Made by a program: the position numbers and the translations under genes
IMG/VR virus record: IMGVR_UViG_3300014208_000533
Location: 1-46,961 of that record
DNA from: a virus
Taxonomy: Duplodnaviria > Caudoviricetes
DNA length: 46,961 nucleotides
Direction: 5' to 3' (one strand)
Shown: positions 8,572 through 15,705 of the stretch, one piece after another
Layout: each line of letters opens with the position of its first letter
How positions within the stretch are numbered: the first letter of the stretch is position 1
Notes under the pieces: generated by a model
What the model was told of the DNA's origin: nothing
Database searches by the model: none
Seen by the model: the letters and a program-made list of their open reading frames with translations, nothing else

Positions 8572-8979
8572 CGTATCGACGGCGATGGTCACGGCTTCCT
8601 GAGTGATCGGCAGGACGATCCAGCTCGTCCCATCGCAGATCGCAAGCAGACCGGCACCGATCCTCTCGTTTGCCGTTATGATGCCGAAGGTGTCTGCCGT
8701 CAGGTCGTTGAAGACGACAAGTTCACCAGTAGCTCCGGCGACGACCATGTCATAGTTGGCGACGTTCAAAAACAGCACCCAGTTGCCGGAGTACACCGAC
8801 GATACGGTAGGCAGAGTGAAGATTGTCGTTGTGGTGCCGCCGCGGGTCGTGAACACCGTTCCGAAGTCGCCCTCAGTAATGGTGTAGCTGGCAGTTTTGG
8901 CCGCAACCTTCATCTTCGGACGAACGAATCCGCCATCGACAGCGGCATTCCACAAACGCATGATATTTTCGTGAGACAT
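8362..8979 (-). CDS. virion (decoration-type) protein with an (S/T)-X repeat C-terminal tail
   Basis: MSHENIMRLWN... is a clear paralog of 9006..9419, plus a 69-aa TPSHTVSA tail. Confidence 0.8.
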   Translation of the reverse strand: MSHENIMRLWNAAVDGGFVRPKMKVAAKTASYTITEGDFGTVFTTRGGTTTTIFTLPTVSSVYSGNWVLFLNVANYDMVVAGATGELVVFNDLTADTFGIITANERIGAGLLAICDGTSWIVLPITQEAVTIAVDTSASNTPSHTVSATPSHTVSATPSHTVSRTPSQTPSHTQSPSHTVSATPSHTVSRTPSQTPSHTQSPSST

Positions 8980-9005
8980 GGAAGTTGTCCTTGTATTGGA
9001 GATGG

Positions 9006-9419
9006 TTAGGCCGAAGTGACGGCAATGGTCTGCGTTTCCATGGAAAACGGGACCACCACCCAACTCGTTGAATCGGAAATCGCCAGAAACGCGCCGCCGA
9101 TCTTTTCACTGGCTTGCGAGAAGGCGATGGCGTCAGCGGTCAGGTCGTTAAACACGACCAGCCCCTCGTCTGCGCCGGCGACGGTCATGTTTTGATCGGC
9201 CACGTTGACGAACAGCACCCAGTCGCCCTTGTTCACCGCAGATGCCGCAGGCAGAGTGAACGTGACGGCAGCACCAGCGCCACGAGTCGTGAGCACTGAG
9301 CCGAAGTCGTCCGGCGTCACGGTATAGCTGGCTGTTTTGGCGATGATGTTGAGTGCGGGACGGACGTTCCCGCCGTCAACGCAATCGTTCCACATCCGCA
9401 TGGTATTTTCGGCACTCAT
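9006..9419 (-). CDS. virion (decoration-type) protein, tail-less paralog
   Basis: AKTASYTVT..DFGSVLTTRGA..VTFTLPAA beta-rich domain; AAGGAG RBS; downstream of the capsid gene. Confidence 0.8.
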   Translation of the reverse strand: MSAENTMRMWNDCVDGGNVRPALNIIAKTASYTVTPDDFGSVLTTRGAGAAVTFTLPAASAVNKGDWVLFVNVADQNMTVAGADEGLVVFNDLTADAIAFSQASEKIGGAFLAISDSTSWVVVPFSMETQTIAVTSA

Positions 9420-9509
9420 GTTCCATGTCTCCTTTTACATCCCACGATTGGATGGTTCGGTTGGCGTAATGCCTGGCCGCGTCTTCAGCCAAACGAGAAC
9501 CGACACTCG

Positions 9510-9550
9510 AAAAGCCCCGGCAGCCCGCGATGAGAAGACGGGCTGCCGGG
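9510..9550 (-). terminator. putative intrinsic terminator
   Basis: 12-bp perfect stem CCCGGCAGCCCG/CGGGCTGCCGGG with a short T tract on the minus strand. Confidence 0.65.
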
Positions 9551-9579
9551 TTGTGAGGCCGCTACGGGCGGCAAGATGA

Positions 9580-10440
9580 TCAGTCGACAGAAATCACGCC
9601 TAGAGCCCACCAGTCCATGTACAACGGATGGACCGCGGGAGTCCCGTCGCCGTTCTTGGTGAGAAGAACGAGCGTCATTTCTTCATCGGTCGGGAACGCC
9701 GTTCCGGCAGCGATGATCGCATCGGTCACGGAATCGCCAAGCTCCACGCCGTCGATGAAGAACTTCAACTTGTGGTTGGCCTCGGCCCGCGGGTCGTAGA
9801 CGCAACCGAGCTTGATCCAGGTGTCGGCGACGGCCGTGCCGGCATTGTCCTTCACCTGGTTGACCGTGGCGGTGCTGCCGATCGTGTAGATCGTGTCGAT
9901 TTCCTCGTTGCTCGCGCAGAGCGTCTGGAAACCGATGAAATCCTTTCCGGCAGCCACCATGGCGCCCGTGTTGTCGACCAGGGCGTTGTCGGCACAGAAT
10001 GCCGGTTCGCCGATTCCGAACGCAAACGCCAGGTGGTCGTCGGTCACGGTGGTCCGCTTGATGCGGGCCTCCCAGGCGACCACGGCACGCTCGCCAGCCG
10101 TCGGGTCGATACGCACCAGGCCATGAACGCCGGCTCCGAGTTCGATGCTGGCTTCGGCATTGTCGGTGCCGTTGCCGGCAATTTCCAACACGCCGAACTC
10201 GCCTTCGCTGTTGTCGGCGGAGGCACAGCCTTGAATCGTTGAACTGTCGCCTTGGTAGGTGTAATACGGTCCCTGAGCGGTCGCAGTCGCCATTTTCGGC
10301 AACCCGGCAAAGTCGTCAAAGAAGAACCCGCAGTAAGACGGGTCGAGCGCTCGTGCGCCAAGGAAGCCGTAAGCCTGCCAAATGGCCGGGCTCAACCCGC
10401 GTCCAATGGCACCCTCGGCTTCATGTCGAAGAGAAGTCAT
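9580..10440 (-). CDS. minor capsid/virion protein, beta-sandwich (lectin/LamG-like) type
   Basis: directly after the MCP; FFFDDF, WIKLGCVYD, LKFFIDGVE, LYMDWWA. Confidence 0.65.
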   Translation of the reverse strand: MTSLRHEAEGAIGRGLSPAIWQAYGFLGARALDPSYCGFFFDDFAGLPKMATATAQGPYYTYQGDSSTIQGCASADNSEGEFGVLEIAGNGTDNAEASIELGAGVHGLVRIDPTAGERAVVAWEARIKRTTVTDDHLAFAFGIGEPAFCADNALVDNTGAMVAAGKDFIGFQTLCASNEEIDTIYTIGSTATVNQVKDNAGTAVADTWIKLGCVYDPRAEANHKLKFFIDGVELGDSVTDAIIAAGTAFPTDEEMTLVLLTKNGDGTPAVHPLYMDWWALGVISVD

Positions 10441-10496
10441 GGGTTATACTCCTGTTTCAGACTGTATCAATGTACGAACCGATCCCGAACGCCTGC

Positions 10497-11549
10497 TTAC
10501 GCAGGATCAGACTTGGCAGCCACGATGGACCGCCGCGGGTCGACGTTCAGGAAGTTGTAGGTCAGGTCGGTGAAGCAGTTCCAGGCGTTGTGCTGGTCCG
10601 TCGCCGCATCGGGCCCGCTCTCGCGGAGGTAGTCGCCCTTGAGGCAGACGGGGTAGAACGTCGCGTGATCGATCGCGTACACCGGGTCGCTGGACGAGTC
10701 GTTGTCCAACTGCGGGCAGTAGATGATCGGGTAGCCAGCGATGTAGGCCGCCCCATCGAACATGGCCAGATCCTTGCCGAGGTTCGAGTTGTGGCTACGA
10801 ACCACGTCCTCGAATGCGGTCATGGTCTGCTCGTTGCAGTAGACCCGGTATCGGTCCCGAATCTGTCCCCGGTAATCGGGGTGCGCGATCGGGCTGACGA
10901 ACCGGCACTTACGGAACGCCGTCCGCAAGCTCTTCACAAGATCGTTGTCGCTCACCGAGGTGTAGGTGATCGAGTAGTTCTTGAAGTTCGGCGTGTTGGT
11001 CGGATTCACGCCGCCCTTGGTCGTGTGACCGGACGGGGCACCGCCGGTGAAGCCGTCGGTGGCATTGTAGACCACCCAATACTTGACGGCCCACGGATTG
11101 ACCGTGTCGCTGGCGCCCGGAGCGGACCCGAATCCCAGTTCCTCGATTTCCTCAACCAGGCCGAGCAGCGAAGCGATTCGCCGCGGCTTGATGACGTTGA
11201 GGATCAGGTCCTTCCCGCTGTTCATCAGAACGTCGGTCTGGTAGATGATGCCCCACGACGTCAGGGCGTGAACCCACTCGACGCTCATGGTTTCCAGGAC
11301 GTCGATGATGTTGACGGCATCGGGCTCCAGGAACCCAACGTGCTTCGCGGCGGCACGATTCAGCTTCGTCATCAGTGTGCGCTGGATCTTGTAGCCGCTG
11401 GAGAACATGACCTTGTCCCGCTTGAACCAGCGGGAAAAGATTTCGTAGAAGGGCAGGTTCTGGGCGATCTGCTGGAACCGCAGAGGGCCTTCTTCCGCTC
11501 TTGTAGTGGTGACAATGTCCCCAATGTCACCGGGCTGAATAGTTGCCAT
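10497..11549 (-). CDS. major capsid protein
   Basis: 350 aa after a scaffold-like gene in portal-scaffold-capsid synteny; DIVTTT N-terminus and GYPIIYCPQLD pattern seen in HK97-fold podovirus capsids. Confidence 0.8.
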   Translation of the reverse strand: MATIQPGDIGDIVTTTRAEEGPLRFQQIAQNLPFYEIFSRWFKRDKVMFSSGYKIQRTLMTKLNRAAAKHVGFLEPDAVNIIDVLETMSVEWVHALTSWGIIYQTDVLMNSGKDLILNVIKPRRIASLLGLVEEIEELGFGSAPGASDTVNPWAVKYWVVYNATDGFTGGAPSGHTTKGGVNPTNTPNFKNYSITYTSVSDNDLVKSLRTAFRKCRFVSPIAHPDYRGQIRDRYRVYCNEQTMTAFEDVVRSHNSNLGKDLAMFDGAAYIAGYPIIYCPQLDNDSSSDPVYAIDHATFYPVCLKGDYLRESGPDAATDQHNAWNCFTDLTYNFLNVDPRRSIVAAKSDPA

Positions 11550-11564
11550 TGAAACTAGCTCCTA

Positions 11565-12722
11565 TCATATTTCGCCCTCGAACTCGCCGTCCGAGCCCAT
11601 ATCCAGGCCGGAGCCGTGCTTGGCGCGCAGTTTGGCGTCCACGGCGGCCAGCAATTTGTCGTTCTTGCTGGAGAAGGGGGCCTTCCTTGCAGTCGGTCGA
11701 CTGGTCTGGACGCCCCGCCTGTTTTTGGCCTTGTTGACGGTTTCCAGGCGAAGTACCTGTTGGAATTTGTCTGGATAGCGCTGCATGAGTGCCCACTGCA
11801 CTTCCTGTTCCAGCGCCATCGGCTTGAAACCTTGTTTCGCATTCGCCTCACGTACAGCCTCCACGGCGGCAAATACCATCGCCCGGTGGTTGAACGCGGT
11901 CATCGCGGCCGGATCACGCTGGCCGGCAGAAGCCAACTCTCGGCCATTGCCCTTTCCGAACACGTCTTGCCATGTCTCGCCCAGGCCCTGAATGGCTTGG
12001 TCGAACTGCGATTCTTCGTCAATCTGCTGCTGCTCTTGCGTCCTGTCGTCTCTCGCCTGGACCACGGAGGCAAACCGCTCCTGTTGCTGGCGGAACTGAT
12101 CCGCGAAATGCTCGTTCTGCTGACGAATCAGATCGAGCAAGTCTTCGTCCAGCGTTTCGGAGTTTTTCGGCTGAAACGGCTTGAACCCATTCGGGTCGGT
12201 GGCTGCTTCAGTCTGCGGTTGCTTCGGCTGGGTCTGCGGGGGCGGCTGCCGATACAGGCTTCCGCCGGCGGTCGCCGGGGTCGCCTGGGGGTTCAGCAGT
12301 TGTCCTCGCCATTGCACGGCAGCGAACAGGGCCTCTGGGTCACGAAAACCCGCTTGTTGCGCCTGTTCGGGCGTGGCATATCCCGCCATTTGCAGCAGCG
12401 CAGGCGGGAACTCAGGGACGGCCGGCTCGTCGGGAACTTGCGGCTGCTTGCCGCTCTCGCCTTTCGCGAGCGGAGCCGGTTCGGGCTCGCTGTCGGCGGA
12501 ATTGTCCGGCGGAAGAGTCTCGCCGGGAGGTGTTTTGGTTGCGGTGGTCGACGTGCCGTTGACGATGTCCGCCTCAAGCGTGGAACTGGCAGGTTCGGCC
12601 TGCTTGCCCTTCTCGCCGCCCAGTCCCATCGGCAGGCCGTCGTCAGGGCCTTCGCCGAAGTTGTCGAGAATCTCGTTGTCGCTGAAATCCTGGGTATTCC
12701 CGGAAAGCACTGTCTCGCTCAT
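11565..12722 (-). CDS. capsid scaffolding protein
   Basis: acidic P/E/Q-rich disordered N-half, coiled-coil middle, basic C-terminus; immediately before the MCP. Confidence 0.7.
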   Translation of the reverse strand: MSETVLSGNTQDFSDNEILDNFGEGPDDGLPMGLGGEKGKQAEPASSTLEADIVNGTSTTATKTPPGETLPPDNSADSEPEPAPLAKGESGKQPQVPDEPAVPEFPPALLQMAGYATPEQAQQAGFRDPEALFAAVQWRGQLLNPQATPATAGGSLYRQPPPQTQPKQPQTEAATDPNGFKPFQPKNSETLDEDLLDLIRQQNEHFADQFRQQQERFASVVQARDDRTQEQQQIDEESQFDQAIQGLGETWQDVFGKGNGRELASAGQRDPAAMTAFNHRAMVFAAVEAVREANAKQGFKPMALEQEVQWALMQRYPDKFQQVLRLETVNKAKNRRGVQTSRPTARKAPFSSKNDKLLAAVDAKLRAKHGSGLDMGSDGEFEGEI

Positions 12723-12755
12723 CGTTTGGCCTCACAAAAGAAACAGAATCGCCAG

Positions 12756-13289
12756 TTATCCCGTATTGTCCTCACTTGGAACGATGTCGTATTCCCGGAG
12801 AACATCGTTCACGGCACTCGCCGTACTGTCCTCAGGCATGGTTTCCAGTGTATTGATTGCCCGGCGGACCTTCGCTCGTCCCGCGGCCACCTCGTCGGCC
12901 CGGCGTCGGCCGCTGTTGTGGAATCGACCGAGTTCGTCCGTGTGGCCGTATCCGTCCCTGCCTGTCTTCATTCCCAGGGCCGTAGCCAAGTCTGAGCATT
13001 GCTTGGCGCTTTCGATGATCGGACATCCGGCCCGGTCGAACTCCACGAAGATGCCTTCCTTCCGGAGTCGCTCCGACACGGCGGGGACTTCCGAAGGATC
13101 AACCGCCATCTGGACCGATCGGTACGGGAACATGGACCGGCCGGGGACCACCGATGGTTTGTGCGTCTCGACCACCTGCTCGCCGTTGAAACGAAACGTC
13201 TTCGTGGACGAACTTCGCAGCTGAACCTGCGACAGGCCGGCGGTGATTGTCCTGATCTTCTCCCGGGCTTCGTCCGTCAACCAACTCAT
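12756..13289 (-). CDS. hypothetical protein (portal-adjacent)
   Basis: MSWLTDEAREK... with an ATGA overlap to the portal stop. Confidence 0.7.
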   Translation of the reverse strand: MSWLTDEAREKIRTITAGLSQVQLRSSSTKTFRFNGEQVVETHKPSVVPGRSMFPYRSVQMAVDPSEVPAVSERLRKEGIFVEFDRAGCPIIESAKQCSDLATALGMKTGRDGYGHTDELGRFHNSGRRRADEVAAGRAKVRRAINTLETMPEDSTASAVNDVLREYDIVPSEDNTG

Positions 13290-15169
13290 GCCGACTCCCA
13301 TTTCCCGTTCCCGGTCGACATCATCTGGGCCAACGCCTGCTGGCCCAGCGCCGGCTGCTGCCGACCGCTGCCGACGTTTCGGCGGATGTATTCGTGGGGC
13401 ACGCCAGCGACGTTCGTGCCCGACCGTTGCTGCTGCTTCGGATCGCCCGTGATTGGTTGTCCGGACGCCCGGAGCAGTTCCGAGAACTCCGTCAGGCCAC
13501 TGTAGCGAGTGAATAGCCGCCACATGCCTTCCATGTCCAGTTCCATGCCACTCTGGGCCAGGGCAGCCTGTAATTGGGCCATCTGGAGCGATACGGGCAT
13601 CATCTGGACGACGAGTTGCAGCCGCTCGCTCGGCGTTCTGGCATGAACGCTGAACGGGTCAATCTCGAACTCGAACAGGAAAAACTCCCTCGTCCTTCGT
13701 TCCGGCCCCCAGTCGACCGTCGTCTGGAACGACGTGCCCTCCAGACGCTTCACCAGCTTCCGTGTGCCAATCGGATCGCTGTAGAGATACCAGGCCAAGT
13801 CGGTCATCACGCCCGCCAGGAACGACGTCACCTTGGCGTCCAGGTCGCTGATGAGGCTGTTCCCGCCCTCGGCCAGGAGTCGCTCTTGGCCGACCGTGTC
13901 CGAACTGGTCGATAGGCCGCCTATCGTGTCGATGTTTCCGGCCAGCCAGGAGAAGATGTCTCGCAAGCCAAGCGTGGCCGCGTAGGACTGCTGGTCAATC
14001 CCGCCCGTGCGGATCTCGCCGACGTTCTTCGGGTCCATGACCGTCAGCACCTGCCCGTCGACCGCGTCTTGAATCGTGTTGCCGTCGCCGGCATTCTGAG
14101 CCGCCGGGGTGATGGTCGGATTCGTCTTCTGGCGGTCCAACTGGTTGCCGAGCTTCCGAATCGCCCGGTTCAGTAGTTTCGCCAGACTCTCCAGGTGCGA
14201 TCCGGGCGCCACGGGCATGATGTTGCCCGGGATCGGATCGAAGCACAGGAGGTGGTACGGGCCATTCTCCGGGCCGTCCCATCGCTGGATCCGGAGCGGT
14301 GGTCCGTTTCCGTCGGGCAGTGTGACGATCATTCGTTCACGGGGCAACCAGATGTCCCAAAGCGTGGCGTAGCCTCGAATCTCGTTGGGGAATGGATTCG
14401 ATTCCGCCCCAAGCCGCTGAACGCTCCCCTCCTCGTTGCCCTGTTGGAGATCCTCGTCCTTCCGCGTTTCCGACTTCCCGAGCAGTGCGACCGACTCCTG
14501 GTTGAACAGCGGGTTGTTCCGGACGTCTTCCAGGGGAACCCGGTATCGATCACCACACCAATCGATCTCTTCCCACCGCTTGGCGTTCGTGTCGTAGGCG
14601 AAATTCTCCAAGAGCACCGCATCGCAGAACGGCTGTTCGGAGTCGTGAAGAAATCCGATCGACTCGTCCATCTGCTGCGGGGAAACCGCCACCTTGACGA
14701 TTCCCACACTCAGCAGCCCCTGAAGCACCACCTCCCTCATGGTGTCCTTCAGGCGAATCTCGCGAAACAACTGCTCGCAGGCCAGGGCCAGTTCGTAGGC
14801 TTCGGCCTGCAAGTCGGGAGACCTGGACCGGACAAGAACGCGAGGCTCGCCACTGATGAGCCGTCGCTGGTAGATTCGCAGGGCCAAGCTGTAGCAGTTC
14901 AGGGGGGTATCGACATTTTCGTCGTTCGTCCCATACCCGTGGCCCGCGTAGAGTTCGAGCCGGCGCCGGTAGCCTTCGCGATGCGACCGAAGGTCGGTCA
15001 CGGAGTTCTCGATCGAGTCGCGAAGGCGCTTGATGAAATCCGCGGACAGAGAGTCCGTCGATTCCTCCATAGAGGCCGGCATTCCACCGACTGGCTCCGG
15101 AAGAGGCAGGCCAGCACCTACGGCGGCGGAGACGCCGCCACCGAGTAGCGGATAGGCGGAAGAAACCAT
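13286..15169 (-). CDS. portal protein
   Basis: 627 aa downstream of TerL; GLLSVGIVKV, LWDIW, GPYHLL..PIPGN..P, TVGQERLL helix, FEIDPFS, Q-rich C-terminus (P22-like portal pattern). Confidence 0.85.
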   Translation of the reverse strand: MVSSAYPLLGGGVSAAVGAGLPLPEPVGGMPASMEESTDSLSADFIKRLRDSIENSVTDLRSHREGYRRRLELYAGHGYGTNDENVDTPLNCYSLALRIYQRRLISGEPRVLVRSRSPDLQAEAYELALACEQLFREIRLKDTMREVVLQGLLSVGIVKVAVSPQQMDESIGFLHDSEQPFCDAVLLENFAYDTNAKRWEEIDWCGDRYRVPLEDVRNNPLFNQESVALLGKSETRKDEDLQQGNEEGSVQRLGAESNPFPNEIRGYATLWDIWLPRERMIVTLPDGNGPPLRIQRWDGPENGPYHLLCFDPIPGNIMPVAPGSHLESLAKLLNRAIRKLGNQLDRQKTNPTITPAAQNAGDGNTIQDAVDGQVLTVMDPKNVGEIRTGGIDQQSYAATLGLRDIFSWLAGNIDTIGGLSTSSDTVGQERLLAEGGNSLISDLDAKVTSFLAGVMTDLAWYLYSDPIGTRKLVKRLEGTSFQTTVDWGPERRTREFFLFEFEIDPFSVHARTPSERLQLVVQMMPVSLQMAQLQAALAQSGMELDMEGMWRLFTRYSGLTEFSELLRASGQPITGDPKQQQRSGTNVAGVPHEYIRRNVGSGRQQPALGQQALAQMMSTGNGKWESA

Positions 15170-15180
15170 TGGAGGTGCCC

Positions 15181-15366
15181 TCAGTTGGCGTCCCGGCGGG
15201 GAGACTCCCAGCCTCCCATTTGCGTGGAAGCCCGTTCGTCGAGGGTCTCTCTGTCCAGCGGTGAATCCAGATCAGGTTCCTCGAAAAAGAATGGACCGTC
15301 AGCCTGACCGGCGCCGGATCGAGCATCCTCCACGGCCTTGCGGACGCGATCGGATGCTTCGCTCAC
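15181..15366 (-). CDS. small hypothetical protein
   Basis: GTG start overlapping the upstream TGA; 61 aa. Confidence 0.5.
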   Translation of the reverse strand: MSEASDRVRKAVEDARSGAGQADGPFFFEEPDLDSPLDRETLDERASTQMGGWESPRRDAN

Positions 15367-15527
15367 TTCTTCGTCCCCGGCATCATGTTGCCCGAGGTTC
15401 CGGCCGACGGAGCGCTGTCGTGGCCGAAATTCTTGGGCGGCTCGCTGCCAACGTCCTTGGCGCTGCCCTGTTCGCTCATGACTCCGGAAATCTTGTCCTT
15501 GACGGCCTGTGTGGCTTCATCACCCAT
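15363..15527 (-). CDS. small hypothetical protein (54 aa, not in the ORF track)
   Basis: AAGGAG-9 nt-ATG, MGDEATQAVKDKISGVMSEQG...MMPGTKK*. Confidence 0.65.
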   Translation of the reverse strand: MGDEATQAVKDKISGVMSEQGSAKDVGSEPPKNFGHDSAPSAGTSGNMMPGTKK

Positions 15528-15602
15528 GAGAATGTACTCCTTGCAAGGTACGTGCTCAAGAAATAGGCTATCCGGATCCGGAGAAGCCTACATTCGCACC
15601 TC

Positions 15603-15630
15603 ATGATACCCACAATTTTGGGGTAGTCAA
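15603..15630 (-). promoter_or_regulatory. sigma70-type promoter for the portal-capsid operon
   Basis: TTGACT-16 nt-TATCAT; a TACCC...GGGTA inverted repeat spans the spacer. Confidence 0.6.
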
Positions 15631-15705
15631 TACAAGGATTTCCCGAGAAACAGGCAGACTGCGATTGATTCAGGCGTGGCTTGCGGCCTCACGCCGGCCG
15701 TCCTT

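Noticed and set aside
10239-15148. Long plus-strand ORFs (10239..11552, 11616..12995, 14195..15148)
   Set aside because: Antisense shadows of GC3-biased capsid, scaffold and portal genes, with no motifs or RBS
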